From an uncultured delta proteobacterium (GTDB lineage: Bacteria; Desulfobacterota; Syntrophia; Syntrophales; UBA5619): 64,000 nucleotides of DNA. Each line of letters opens with the position of its first letter. Positions within the stretch are counted from its first letter, which is position 1. The notes beneath the pieces are model-generated. The model ran no database searches. It saw nothing but the letters and a program-made list of their open reading frames with translations, and was not told the origin of the DNA. The DNA lies in assembly GCA_963817385.1 (NCBI GenBank), contig CAWFOM010000001.1, positions 128,001-192,000 of the forward strand, given 5' to 3'. Made by a program: the position numbers and the translations under genes. Positions 50,620 through 61,203 of this stretch are shown here, piece after piece.

Positions 50620-52242
50620 CTATAGCCGTCTTTCTTCATCATTTATTTCCCCGGGCTCTTCGCGCACCACTTCGCGGGCGGCCTTATCCTCGCGCAGCCG
50701 CAGGAAAACCGGCTGCCGCATGAGACCCTCATCGGTCCAGCCGTGGAAAACAACTTCGCAGACCAGCTCCGGTTTTACCCAGGTGACCGGCGTATTCGTC
50801 TTCGGCTCTACCGTAAAGGGGCACTTCTTCCGGATCAGGGGATCCAGTTTTTCGCGGATTTCGCTGAGAGTCCCGGCACTGAATCCGCCCCCGGTATGAC
50901 CGATGAAAATCAGTTCATTCCCTTTGAACACGCCCAGAACCAGGGCGCCGAAATTCTTTCTGCTCCCCCGCGGTTCCGTGAATCCCGCGATCACGCCCTC
51001 CTGCGTGAGCTGCGTCTTCACCTTCAGCCATTGCCGGCTCCTCCTGCCCACCCGGTAGGCGCTTTGCGATTGTTTGGCGATGATCCCCTCGAGACCCTTT
51101 TCTTTGACGACCCGGAAAAACAGGACCCCCTCTTCCGCGATGTGATCGCTGAATTTTATGTTCGGGGAGGAGGGGAGGATTTTTTTCAGGAGCTCTTTTC
51201 TCCTGATAAGGGGCAGCTTCGTCAGATCACGTCCCCCGAAATGGAGGAGATCGAAGACGTAGTAGATCAGATGACCGCTTCCGGATTTCTGGTAATCCTG
51301 CAGCATCTGGAAATCGGGATGACCCCGATCATCCACGACCACGATTTCACCGTCCAGAACGGCATCGAATCTGAATTTCCCAAGCGTCTCCGCGATGGGA
51401 GAGAACTTCCGGTTGAACGAAATCCGGTTTCGGGAATAGAGCGAAATGTCTCCATCCCGGATTTCGGCAATGGCCCGGTACCCGTCCCATTTCACCTCAA
51501 AAATCCAATCCGGATGATCGAACGGCTCCTTGATCAAGGTCGCGAGCATCGGTTTTATGTTGTGCGGCATCGGCGTAACCGGCGCATCCTTCAGGTCTTC
51601 CCCTTCCATCGCCTCCCGAAGTCGGATTTGATCCATTTTCTTCTGCCGGGAAGATTTCTTCGGATCGGCTTCGGAAACATCCTCCAGGGTCCTGTCGGAG
51701 ACGACGGAACGATTCTCCCTGAGGATGTCCTCCGCGGTCGCATAGCGATCCTTCTTCTTCAAAAGAAGCCACGACTTCTCGTCCTTTCGCGTTTTTACCA
51801 GCGCGAATTCACCCCGAAGCTTTTCGCCTTCGAGGACAAACTTCATATCCCCTTTTCTCAATCCCTCCCGGAGAAGCCGCTCGCTTTCTTTTCCATCGCC
51901 GTCGGAGGGGTGGCGATAAAAGCCCCTGTCCCAGATGATAACGCTTCCTGCGCCGTAATTGCCCTCCGGGATGACGCCCTCGAAATCCCGGTAATCGAGC
52001 GGATGATCTTCAACCATCACGGCCAGCCTTTTTACGGAAGGATTGAGCGATGGCCCCCTCGGGACCGCCCAGCTCTTCAGCACCCCCTCCAGCTCGAGCC
52101 GGAGATCGTAATGGAGGGCCCGGGCCGCGTGCTTCTGAACGACAAAAACGAGACGGTTCCCCTTTCCCCTGCGGCGAAGTGCCGGTTTCGGTTCCGGCGT
52201 TTTCTCGAATGCCCGTCTGGATTCGTAATCCTTTAATCCCAT
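50620..52242 (-). CDS. ligD: NHEJ ligase: 3'-phosphoesterase + ATP-dependent ligase domains
   Basis: FVVQKHAARALHYDLRLE, SWAVPRGPS, VEDHP; EVKWDGYR, DGEIV, EGIIAK, WLKVK, LREDK. Confidence 0.92.
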   Translation of the reverse strand: MGLKDYESRRAFEKTPEPKPALRRRGKGNRLVFVVQKHAARALHYDLRLELEGVLKSWAVPRGPSLNPSVKRLAVMVEDHPLDYRDFEGVIPEGNYGAGSVIIWDRGFYRHPSDGDGKESERLLREGLRKGDMKFVLEGEKLRGEFALVKTRKDEKSWLLLKKKDRYATAEDILRENRSVVSDRTLEDVSEADPKKSSRQKKMDQIRLREAMEGEDLKDAPVTPMPHNIKPMLATLIKEPFDHPDWIFEVKWDGYRAIAEIRDGDISLYSRNRISFNRKFSPIAETLGKFRFDAVLDGEIVVVDDRGHPDFQMLQDYQKSGSGHLIYYVFDLLHFGGRDLTKLPLIRRKELLKKILPSSPNIKFSDHIAEEGVLFFRVVKEKGLEGIIAKQSQSAYRVGRRSRQWLKVKTQLTQEGVIAGFTEPRGSRKNFGALVLGVFKGNELIFIGHTGGGFSAGTLSEIREKLDPLIRKKCPFTVEPKTNTPVTWVKPELVCEVVFHGWTDEGLMRQPVFLRLREDKAAREVVREEPGEINDEERRL

Positions 52243-52290
52243 GCTGTAAATAATGACCTCGTAAAAAATTCCCCCAATAGTTAATTTCAG

Positions 52291-52416
52291 GACGGCTTCG
52301 TAAAAAGCTCCGCAGGCAAGGCGCGCGAGGCCTGAGGAGTGAGGCGTACTTTGCTGTACGCCGCAACGACGAAGGACGAAGCGCAACGCCGCATCCGGGC
52401 TTTGTACGTAGCCGTC
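52291..52416. mobile_element. 126-bp MITE-like element (extra end remnant GACCTCGTAAAAAA at 52255-52268)
   Basis: Terminal IRs GACGGCTTCGTAAAAAGC / GCTTTGTACGTAGCCGTC; near-identical to 10547-10673. Confidence 0.8.
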
Positions 52417-53320
52417 ACAGATACGGAAGCTTCTGTTTCTTGACGAGCACCTCTCGAAAGAGGTCGCCTGCTGTTTCGGTTCGGCGCAGGGCTTCCGCAT
52501 GCAGGACGTGCAGCTTTTCCGGATCGCCCTGCCCGGCCAAATCCTCCAGCTCCTTCCAGGCAAGGGGAAACGACACAAACGGTTTTTCCCGTGCCCGCAG
52601 GGAGTAAACGCAGATCATCGTCTTGGAGGCGTCGTTCTGGGACCAGTTGATGAAGACCTTTTTCTTCCGCTCTCCTTTCGCCATTTTCGCCGTCACCAGG
52701 TCCGGATAGTTGCGCTGCAGGACCTCCGCCACGGCCTTCGAAAATTGCTTGGTATCCGCAAAGGTCGCCTCTTTGCGGTTCAGGGGGACATAGACATGGA
52801 GCCCCTTCTGGCCCGAGGTCTTTGCATAGCCGGTCAGCCGCAACCCGGCAAGCAGGTCCCGAATGATCAGCGCCACCCGGGCGCAATCGAGAATGTCGGC
52901 CTGATCGCCGGGATCCAGATCGAAGACCACGGCATCGGGCGTCTCGGGAGAATCGGCCCTGGCCAGAGGCACATGCAGTTCGAGCGACGCAAGGTTCCCC
53001 ACCCAGATCAGCGTGTTGAGATCGTTGATAAGGCAGACCGTCATCCGCTCCCCGTCATGTTGGAGGAGCTCCGCTGTTTTCACCCAGGACGGACGATGGG
53101 AAGGACAGCGCTTCTCGAAAAAGAATTCCTCTTCCACTCCGTCGGGGTAGCGCTTCAGCGTCAGCGCCCGGCCTTTCAAATGGGGCAGGATGAACGGGGC
53201 GATCCGGCGGTAGTATTCCAGGATATGGGCCTTCGTGAAACCGTAGGATGGATAGAGATCCTTTTCCAGGTTCGTGAGAGTTAGTCGTCTGCCGGCAACC
53301 TCCGCGACTTTCTTCGTCAT
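52415..53320 (-). CDS. stand-alone LigD polymerase/primase domain
   Basis: RYPDG..FFEKR, FDLDP, KTSGQKGLH, INWSQN..YSLRAR. Confidence 0.9.
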   Translation of the reverse strand: MTKKVAEVAGRRLTLTNLEKDLYPSYGFTKAHILEYYRRIAPFILPHLKGRALTLKRYPDGVEEEFFFEKRCPSHRPSWVKTAELLQHDGERMTVCLINDLNTLIWVGNLASLELHVPLARADSPETPDAVVFDLDPGDQADILDCARVALIIRDLLAGLRLTGYAKTSGQKGLHVYVPLNRKEATFADTKQFSKAVAEVLQRNYPDLVTAKMAKGERKKKVFINWSQNDASKTMICVYSLRAREKPFVSFPLAWKELEDLAGQGDPEKLHVLHAEALRRTETAGDLFREVLVKKQKLPYL

Positions 53321-54164
53321 CGGTTCTTTTTCACCTTGCGCATGCTCTCCTCCAGGGCCGCGATCAGATCGACCGGACCTTCTCCCTCTTCCTCCTCGAC
53401 CTCGGGAGCCTCCACCGGAGCCTTTTCTTTCGCTATCTTCCTGAGAATTTTCACGATCTTCTTCCGGCGTTCGTCCGCATACTTATCCGGATTGAAGTCG
53501 GCGGTCATGCCTTTGATGATCTTTTTCAGGCGGCTTTTTTCTTCGGCGGTCGATCGTTCCTTCCTCGGGCGCGATCTCCTCATCGGAAAGGATCTCTTCG
53601 CGGTAATGAAGGGTGATCAGGGAGAGCGCCCCCTCCGTGCTTTTGACTGCGACGAGATACTCCCGTTCCCCCAGGACGAATTTTGCGAGCCCCGCTTTCT
53701 TTGTCCGGCGCATCACTTCGACCAGCAGCCGATACGCCTTTTCACCCCCCTTCGCGGGAACGAGATAATAGGGGTGATCATAATAGATCGAATCCACATC
53801 CTCCATATCGATGAACTCGACGATCTCGATCGTGCGGCTCCGTTCGGGCGACACGGATTCCAGTTCCTCGTCCGTGATCAGGATGTATTTGTCGGGTCCG
53901 ATTTCGTATCCCCTGATGATCTCATCCGGAGGAACGATCTTTCCTTCTTTTGGACAAACCATTCTTCTCAAGAGGGGGGAATAATCTTTGCTGTGGAGCA
54001 TGCGGAAGGAGACCCGGCCGGGCTCGACGGCCTTGACCAGCTGTACGGGAATCGCCACCAGGCTGAAGCTGATCGTCCCGCTCCATATGCCCTGCGCGGC
54101 CGTTTCGCTCCCCCGGTTTAGAAGACAACTTCGCCGGCAGCCGGGCGGATCGTCGGTTTTTCAT
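53317..54164 (-). CDS. ku: Ku protein, paralog 2 (two +1 frameshifts)
   Basis: IWSGTISFSLVAIPV, RGYE, IEIVEF, PYYLVP, AYRLL, FNPDKYAD, VDLIAALEES. Confidence 0.85.
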
Positions 54165-54935
54165 CTACGCAACCTTCTTCAGACTCGCTTCGAGGGCCTG
54201 AAGCAACTTGTCCGATGTCGTGGGTTTCAAGCGCCGGGGGCGCAGGATGGCAATCTTTTCTCCGCGGGCTTTTTTATCGATTAACTGTTGCAGCTTTTTC
54301 TGATGTTCGTTTTCGAATTTCTGCGGCTGAAAAGGGGCCGTCAACTGATTGATCAAATCACTGCCGATCTTCAGCTCTTTTTCGGCCAGAGGGATTTCCT
54401 GCAGTTCAAGAGACTTCACCGAAATCACTTCGTCGGCATACCGCAGGGTATTCAGGCGGAGAATCCGCCCGCTCATCTGCAAGGCCCCGAGATATGACCG
54501 TTTTCTCATGGTCCAGGTGCAGATGCCGGCCACATCCATGTCCCCCAATGCCCCGGCAAGCGCGTTATACCCTTTTGAGGGGATGTCCGGCTCCAGATAG
54601 TAGACCCGCTCAAGGAAGACAGGATCGATCTGCTCGGTTTTCACGAACTCGTGGACTTCGATTATCCGGCTCTCTTCGGGTTCGGCTTGCTCGAGTTCCG
54701 CCGGATCGACGAGGAGGTATTTCCCCTCCTCCAATTCAAGCCCCCTGGTCTGTTCTTCCGCCGGCACGGGCACTTTTTCATAGGCGCAGACCATCTGTTG
54801 CTTCAGTTTGATATGATCGCGCCGGTGGAGAAGGTGAAACTGAATCCGCTCTTCCTTGACCGCGGTATGCAGCTTCACCGGAACATCGACACCCCCGAAA
54901 TGGATATATCCCTTCCAGATCGCTCTTCCCGCCAT
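54165..54935 (-). CDS. ku: Ku protein, paralog 1
   Basis: RAIWKGYIHFG.V.VPVKL, YYLEP, LRYADEV, LLQALEASL. Confidence 0.9.
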   Translation of the reverse strand: MAGRAIWKGYIHFGGVDVPVKLHTAVKEERIQFHLLHRRDHIKLKQQMVCAYEKVPVPAEEQTRGLELEEGKYLLVDPAELEQAEPEESRIIEVHEFVKTEQIDPVFLERVYYLEPDIPSKGYNALAGALGDMDVAGICTWTMRKRSYLGALQMSGRILRLNTLRYADEVISVKSLELQEIPLAEKELKIGSDLINQLTAPFQPQKFENEHQKKLQQLIDKKARGEKIAILRPRRLKPTTSDKLLQALEASLKKVA

Positions 54936-54944
54936 GGAGCATCC

Positions 54945-55436
54945 TCACGCCATCAACATCCTCGCCAGGATGATTCCCAAACCGAGCCATACGGGGATGG
55001 AGATAATGAGCGCCCAGACGATCCCATTTGCATTCTTCAACCTCCCCTGGAGACTCATTTCAAGAAGCGCCCGTTCTATCTTCATTCGTATTTCATCAAT
55101 ATTGAAAGGTTTCGTGATGTAATCCCTTGCCCCTTTTTTTATGGCCTCGATAGATGATGAAATCGAAGGATAACCGGTGATCATGATGAATATGGCATCA
55201 GAGTCAATCTCTTTGACTTTATTCAGAAGCTCCAATCCATTCATCGGCGCCATATTGAGATCCGACAAGATGATATCAAAGTGCTCCTCTTTGTATATCT
55301 TTAAGGCATCCTGCCCATTTTCGGCGCAAGTCACCTCATAGCCATACTCATTGAGATACTCCGCAAGGAGATCCCGCACACTTTTTTCATCATCCACCAC
55401 CAACATTCGCTTTGGTATTTGTTTCAGGTCTGCCAT
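54945..55436 (-). CDS. response regulator receiver with C-terminal transmembrane helix
   Basis: LVVDDE, SDLNM, ITG, KPF; hydrophobic tail GIVWALIISIPVWLGLGIILARML. Confidence 0.8.
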   Translation of the reverse strand: MADLKQIPKRMLVVDDEKSVRDLLAEYLNEYGYEVTCAENGQDALKIYKEEHFDIILSDLNMAPMNGLELLNKVKEIDSDAIFIMITGYPSISSSIEAIKKGARDYITKPFNIDEIRMKIERALLEMSLQGRLKNANGIVWALIISIPVWLGLGIILARMLMA

Positions 55437-55587
55437 AGGATCATCTCCTTGGTCTATCCTTCCATTGATCAGGCTTTACGCATGGATCGCCCCCGGAATA
55501 TACCCGGCATGTCCAACATGATCACCTCGATGATAGCATAAAAGAGAGATCTTCTTATACCTGATATATATTAAATTGTAAATCATT

Positions 55588-58113
55588 TCACCGACCGATT
55601 ATCCCGTAAAACACCTTTTTCACCACTTCCGCCATGAAAATATACAGGATCATGATCAGGGCGAGGATCAGGAGAAAGGAGAGGGGCAGGGAAACTAATC
55701 CGAAGATCCTGCCCAGGGGTGTAAAGGGAAGGATCAAGCGCGGCCGTCACCACGGCTATCGTGGCGACGAGCAGTTGGTTCCCCGGCCGGCTCTTATAAA
55801 AAGGCCTGCGGCTGCGGATGACCAGCACGATGATGGCGGCGGACGCGACCGATTCCATGAACCAGCCCGTCCGGAACTGCTCGGGCGTGGCATGGAGAAC
55901 CAGCAACAGCACCCCAAAGGTCAGATAATCGAAGACCGAACTGACCAGCCCGAAGGCGAACATGAATTTCCGGATAAAGGCAATATCCCAGCGCCGGGGG
56001 CGATTCACCATTTCCCGGTCCACCTTATCCGTGGCGATCGTCATCTCGGGAAAATCCGTCATCAGATTGGTCAACAGGATCTGCTTGGGCAACAGGGGGA
56101 GAAAGGGCAGAAAGAGGGAGGCGCCGGCCATGCTGAACATGTTGCCGAAATTGGCGCTGGTGGACATAAAGACGTATTTCAGGGTGTTGGCAAAGGTCGT
56201 TCTGCCTTCCTGCACGCCCTGCACGAGCACCGCCAGATCCTTTTCCAAAAGCACGATATCCGCCGCTTCCTTGGCCACATCCACCGCCGTGTCCACGGAA
56301 ATGCCGACGTCGGCCGCATGCAGGGCCGAGGCGTCATTGATGCCGTCCCCCAGGTAACCGACGACATGCCCCGCCTTGCGCAAGGCCAGGATGATGCGCT
56401 CTTTCTGGTTGGGCTCCACTTCCGAGAAGATATCCGTCTGCGTTACCTTCTGCAACAGAGCGGTGTTGCTTATTTCCCGGAGTTCGCCGCCCGTAAGGAT
56501 TTTTGCCTCCGCCATACCGACATCCCGGCTCACCTTGGCGGCCACAAGACGATTGTCGCCCGTGATAATCTTCAGCGTCACACCCAGCTTTTTGAGGCGG
56601 TCAATCGTTTCGGCAATGTCCTTTTTCGGCGGATCGAAGAAAAGCACAAACCCGAGAAAGGTCATGTCCTGCTCTTCGCCTTTGCCGATTGTGGATGTCG
56701 TTCCCAGATCCCGATACGCGAGACCGATCAGCCGCAAGCCCTGAGCTGCTGAACTCCTCGAATTGCCGGTTGATCTGCAACGTTACCGAGGCAATGTCCA
56801 CCTTGTCCCCGGCGGGGGTTTCCGCACGGGAACAGACCGCCAGCACCTGGGGAAGGGTCCCTTTGGTAATCATGATATGTGCGCCCTCATGCTTCACCAG
56901 GATACTCAGACGCTTGCGGATGAAATCATAGGGGACTTCATCCGCCTTTTCGTATCCCGAGACATCCGGTTGCTTATGGGACCGGATCGCCTCGTCGATG
57001 GGATTGGCAAAGCCCTTTTCAAAGAAGGCATTCAGATAGGCGTGCAGGAAGACCCGGTCGCTGGCCTGGCCGTCGAGATCCAATGCCGAATGCAGACGCA
57101 CCGATCCTTCGGTCAGGGTTCCCGTCTTATCGGAACAGAGCACATCCATGCTCCCGAAGTTTTCTATGGATGCCAGCCGCTTGACAATGACCTTCTGCTC
57201 GGCCATCTTTTTGGCGCCGTGGGCCAGGTTGATGCTGATAATGGCCGGCAGCAGTTGCGGTGTCAGCCCGACCGCCAGCGCCAGGGAAAAAAGAAAGGCT
57301 TCAAGAACGGGCCGATGAAAGTAGACATTCACGGCAAAAATAACGATCACCAGGGACAGGGTCACTTCGAGCAGGAAAAAGCCGAACCGGCGGATGCCCT
57401 GTTCAAACTCCGTTTCCTGGGGCTTTCAGTTTCAGCCGTTCCGAGATTTTCCCGAATTCCGCCTGCTTGCCGGTGAAAACCGCCACCGCTCGGGCGGTGC
57501 CGCTGATGACGTGGGTCCCCATAAAGAGGCTGTTGGTGCGCCCGGCGAGCGGCGTATCCGACGGCAAGAGAGCAGCGTCCTTCTCGACGGGGTAGGTTTC
57601 GCCGGTCATGGTGGCCTCATCCACAAAGAGATCCCGGGATTCCAAAATCAGGCAATCGGCGGGAATGGCGTCTCCGGCATTCAGGAGCACGATGTCTCCC
57701 GGGACGACATCTTCCAGGGGAATCTCCTGCTGCGAGCCGTCACGAAGCACCGCGGCCTTGATCCTGACGATCGCCAGGAGCTTTGCCACCGCATCGGCGG
57801 CGCCCCGTTCCTGCCAGAATCCCAGGAGGCCGCTGATCAGGACGATAACCAGAATAATGCCGGCGTCCACCGGATCATGGAGGAAGAAAGACAACCCGGC
57901 CGCAAAAACGAGGGTCAGGATGATCGGGCTTTTAAACTGAGACAGCAGCAGGGCCAGCGCGTCCGACCGCTTCGGCGGCTTCAGGAGATTGGCGCCGAAG
58001 CTTACCAGCCGTCGCTTTGCCTCCTCGCTGCTCAATCCTTCCGGCCGCGTTTCGAGTTGCGTCAGCAGATCGGTCGGAGGTATGCTCCAGAAAGATGGTG
58101 TCTGTTGGATCAT
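55588..58113 (-). CDS. mgtA: Mg2+-translocating P-type ATPase (three +1 frameshifts)
   Basis: TGETYPVEK, AVGLTPQLLP, DKTGTLT, TGDN, GDGIND, SANFGNMFS, FRTGWF. Confidence 0.88.
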
Positions 58114-58144
58114 TTGGCCTCTCACCCAAATCCATGGTGCGGCG

Positions 58145-59293
58145 TTACCTCACCCCTCTTTCCCGAAGCGCATCGTGCAGGAGGTTGTTGCCGTCGCAGC
58201 GGTAACAATGGTTCTCGGTTCCCGACGGCACATCGCCGTCCAGCACCAGACCCGCCGCCTCACGAATGACCTCCGCATACCATTTCCCGGAGGGCGCCCG
58301 GTGGCCTGCGAGGCGGGAGCCGGGGTTTGGAGACCAGACGAACGGAACAACGTTGGCTCCCATTCCCGTCAGAGTCTTCACGCCGTCGAGGAAGGTGTCT
58401 TTCGGCTCCAGGCCCATCACAAAGACCCCATACACATTGCCCTTTCCAAATACCTCGACGGCGCTCTCGATCGACCGGAGGAATTGCGTGTGCGATGTGC
58501 TTTCCGACTTCCCGGGACAAATGGCCCGGTAAAGCGCCTCGTCCCAGATTTCCATGCTGTATCCGATAGCCTGAATGCCGGTGTCGTAGTACCGCTTTAT
58601 ATCGTCGCCCTTCGCGGGCGATGGGAGAACCGTACCGGGGATGCGGTCCACCCCCCGATGCCTCCGGATGGACGCAAAGATGTCTTCAACGACCGACACC
58701 TCTCTCTCGTGGGCAAAGCAGCCGCCGGTGAGCAGGACATGGTTGACCATGCCCTCTTCCCACGCGGCGCCGGCAACTTCGCCGATCAATTCCGCATCCT
58801 TCTTTTTCAGCACGGTGTCATATGTCCGGGACGTGGAAACGAGATTGCAGAACAGGCATTGCCGCCCGTGCGCGAAGTGACTGCAATAGTTCTGGTAACA
58901 GAAAAACAGGCAGTCCTCTCCTCCGATCTGCCCGATTTGGACCATTTTCTTGTTCGCGGCAAGCTCGCGATCGTAAAAGGCGGGCCGCTTAATCCACTTC
59001 ACCTCGCACATGTCCCTCTCACCGTGGAACAACCGCAGAACTCCGTCGTCGGCCCGCACGCAAAACGGCGATGACGAGTTCATCCGGAACTGAACAACGG
59101 TCCCGTCGGGCAAGAGAAAATCGTCCGGCAGTTCGGCGCCTGCATGGTCTTCCATATCCCAACCAAAGAGGCCGTGGTTCTGTTCCTTGTAGTCTGAGCC
59201 GACCCCCGTCAACGCTTCCCTGGTGGCTCTCACGCCCTCGACCAGCAGGGACGCCTTCAGTTCGATCATGTCACCGGTGTATGCCTCGTTCAT
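58145..59293 (-). CDS. radical SAM protein with CX8CX2C motif
   Basis: CSHFAHGRQCLFC, LLTGG, ICPGK, VMGLE, C-terminal CYRC. Confidence 0.75.
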   Translation of the reverse strand: MNEAYTGDMIELKASLLVEGVRATREALTGVGSDYKEQNHGLFGWDMEDHAGAELPDDFLLPDGTVVQFRMNSSSPFCVRADDGVLRLFHGERDMCEVKWIKRPAFYDRELAANKKMVQIGQIGGEDCLFFCYQNYCSHFAHGRQCLFCNLVSTSRTYDTVLKKKDAELIGEVAGAAWEEGMVNHVLLTGGCFAHEREVSVVEDIFASIRRHRGVDRIPGTVLPSPAKGDDIKRYYDTGIQAIGYSMEIWDEALYRAICPGKSESTSHTQFLRSIESAVEVFGKGNVYGVFVMGLEPKDTFLDGVKTLTGMGANVVPFVWSPNPGSRLAGHRAPSGKWYAEVIREAAGLVLDGDVPSGTENHCYRCDGNNLLHDALRERGVR

Positions 59294-59311
59294 CGCTTTC
59301 CTTTCTGTTCC

Positions 59312-59374
59312 GCTCAACGAAACTCTAACTGACTCGCGGTTTTTTGCCCGGCCGGGTTGAGCCTTTTGTTATGC
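59312..59374 (-). repeat. attC-like site (poorly paired)
   Basis: Minus strand GCATAAC (R'') ... GTTGAGC (R'), 63 bp, at the end of the PIN gene. Confidence 0.55.
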
Positions 59375-59798
59375 GTTTCTTTTTTGCTTGCTGGTTTTTG
59401 AAAAAAATTAAAAACTCCTTGGGTGAAATGACTTTAGCGCCTTGGCATCGTTCAGCAGGGAAATGTTTTTGATTTCCGGTAACAAGACACACCGCTTGAC
59501 TCGCAAGAGCGACTTCGAGAAACGGTTCATCATCCGGATCAGGAAGCGAATGGGACAACGGGGAAGGCGCAACAGCCCGGCCACGATACACAATATAGTC
59601 AAGAAACGCGGCGACCTTTTCTTCTTCAAATCCAAACCTCGGGCGTCGCAGAACCTCGTTGTATTCTGAGAGAATCCGTGCATCAAAGGAAAGCGTCAGT
59701 TCACCGGCTGAGACCATGCGTGCGATTTCGCCACAAGCCCCAAACGGCGATAGAAGACCCGCAACAAGGACATTGGTGTCAATGACAATGTCCATCAT
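59325..59798 (-). CDS. PIN-domain toxin
   Basis: VIDTNVLV, EYNEVLRR, DPDDEPF, VTGNQKHF. Confidence 0.85.
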   Translation of the reverse strand: MMDIVIDTNVLVAGLLSPFGACGEIARMVSAGELTLSFDARILSEYNEVLRRPRFGFEEEKVAAFLDYIVYRGRAVAPSPLSHSLPDPDDEPFLEVALASQAVCLVTGNQKHFPAERCQGAKVISPKEFLIFFKNQQAKKKRITKGSTRPGKKPRVS

Positions 59799-60079
59799 GC
59801 CCGCTTTTCACGAACAGATTTAATTTCGGCATTGATTTCATCAACCGAAATCTTGTCTGTTCCTTTCTCCACAGATCTCCGCTGGAGAGAAACAACGGCG
59901 TCAACGGCACGCGATCTGCGAAATGCCGCTAGCGATTCCTCAAGATTTGCCTCGGTTATCGCCGCAAGGATGGCTATTGGCCGACCGTTGCTGGTAACAA
60001 CCATCTCTCTTTCGTCAGGCAGCTCTTTCCAGATTTGTGCGGATTTGCCTCTTAAATCTCGGACGCTTAAAAATTTCAT
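59795..60079 (-). CDS. Phd/YefM-type antitoxin
   Basis: MKFLSVRDLR..VVTSNGRPIAIL; overlaps toxin start; own TTGACA promoter at 60130-60135. Confidence 0.8.
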   Translation of the reverse strand: MKFLSVRDLRGKSAQIWKELPDEREMVVTSNGRPIAILAAITEANLEESLAAFRRSRAVDAVVSLQRRSVEKGTDKISVDEINAEIKSVREKRA

Positions 60080-60131
60080 GGTTGTATCCTCCATTTGTGT
60101 ATCACATCATGTACACAAACGTCACCCATTG

Positions 60132-60250
60132 TCAATACGCAGAGTTAAGCTGCCGCCTTGTACCAAACTATTCCGTTGTTTTTGTTAGCACACGCAAGCG
60201 ACATTACTCAAACGTCTATTTAGCGGTCAGCTCCAACGACTTGGGTGGGC
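60132..60250 (-). repeat. degenerate attC site
   Basis: L boxes GTTGGAGCTGACCGC / GCGGCAGCTTAAC pair with two extrahelical bases; R boxes mutated (GCCCACC, GTATTGA). Confidence 0.65.
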
Positions 60251-60274
60251 CAATCACGGAGCGCCTCATCGACT

Positions 60275-61066
60275 TTATTTCCGGGTGATCCAATCTGCGA
60301 TCTTTTCCACCACCTCCCGCTCTATGCCGTTGAAGCCGTGGTAGGCCATCGCTTCACAGGGATCACCCTGGCTCTTTCCTCCTTCGAACGTGAGCAGTTC
60401 TTTACGCGGAACGGCGGTCAGTTTGTCCATAAGCTTCGGGAGATCACCATACTTGCAATGCTCGCATCCATCCTGTTTGTGATGCACGATAAGAGTCGGA
60501 ACCTGGATTCTCCCTAATGGCATTTCCGGAACAGGACGACCACCCGGTGCGTCGGTAAGTATGGTTGAGCTGAGAACAACACCGTCCGGCCCGCCATCGG
60601 CCGGTGCGAGTCGCGTCGTAATGAATGCGGCGGATTGTGTTCCCCGACTGGTGCCTACCAACCACACGGGAATGCCGGCCTGCTGCTTCAACCATGCGAT
60701 TACCGCCCTGATGTCGGCAACGTGTTCAGGTTTCTGACGGAAGCCCCCGAGGTACGGCGGATTCTGGCGATCGGACGGTGCATCGACCACGGCAACCATC
60801 AGACCGTTGGAGGCGAACAACTGCCGCGTGCGCACAAGGAAGTTGCCTGCGCCCCATTTGAAGCTTCCGGTCGAAGTGATCTGAAGTCCTCCGTGGCCCC
60901 CCGCGAAAAGCACGACCGCTGTTTTCGGCTTGTCGGGTGCGAGCACGACCATCCGCTGAGTAACACCGGGGCGGGTTGGAATGTCAACGACTCGCTCTGC
61001 CTGTGCCCATAGCTGGCTTGCAAATATCAGTGAACCAAGCTGACATAATAGAATAACTCTCTTCAT
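60275..61066 (-). CDS. exported alpha/beta hydrolase
   Basis: Signal peptide; GTSRG nucleophile elbow; HKQDGC; YHGF. Confidence 0.8.
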   Translation of the reverse strand: MKRVILLCQLGSLIFASQLWAQAERVVDIPTRPGVTQRMVVLAPDKPKTAVVLFAGGHGGLQITSTGSFKWGAGNFLVRTRQLFASNGLMVAVVDAPSDRQNPPYLGGFRQKPEHVADIRAVIAWLKQQAGIPVWLVGTSRGTQSAAFITTRLAPADGGPDGVVLSSTILTDAPGGRPVPEMPLGRIQVPTLIVHHKQDGCEHCKYGDLPKLMDKLTAVPRKELLTFEGGKSQGDPCEAMAYHGFNGIEREVVEKIADWITRK

Positions 61067-61076
61067 ATGACCTCCT

Positions 61077-61203
61077 TTCCAATACGGCGTCTAGCCGCCA
61101 GGCACGCTTGCCTGCCTTCCCCTGTCCTTCCCCGCTGTACGTATTCTGTCATGAAAGGAAAGAAATGCAAGGGTGACAGTTCGGCTACAACGCCTTGTCA
61201 TGT
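61077..61203 (-). repeat. degenerate attC site
   Basis: GGCGTTGTAGCCG / CGGCTAGACGCC with a bulged base; inner CACCCTTGC/GCAAGCGTG; homologous to 63903-64000. Confidence 0.65.

Noticed and set aside
52243..52578. 112-aa N-terminal extension of LigD
   Set aside because: Translation of the repeat and the neighbouring gene; homology starts at MGLKDY (52242)
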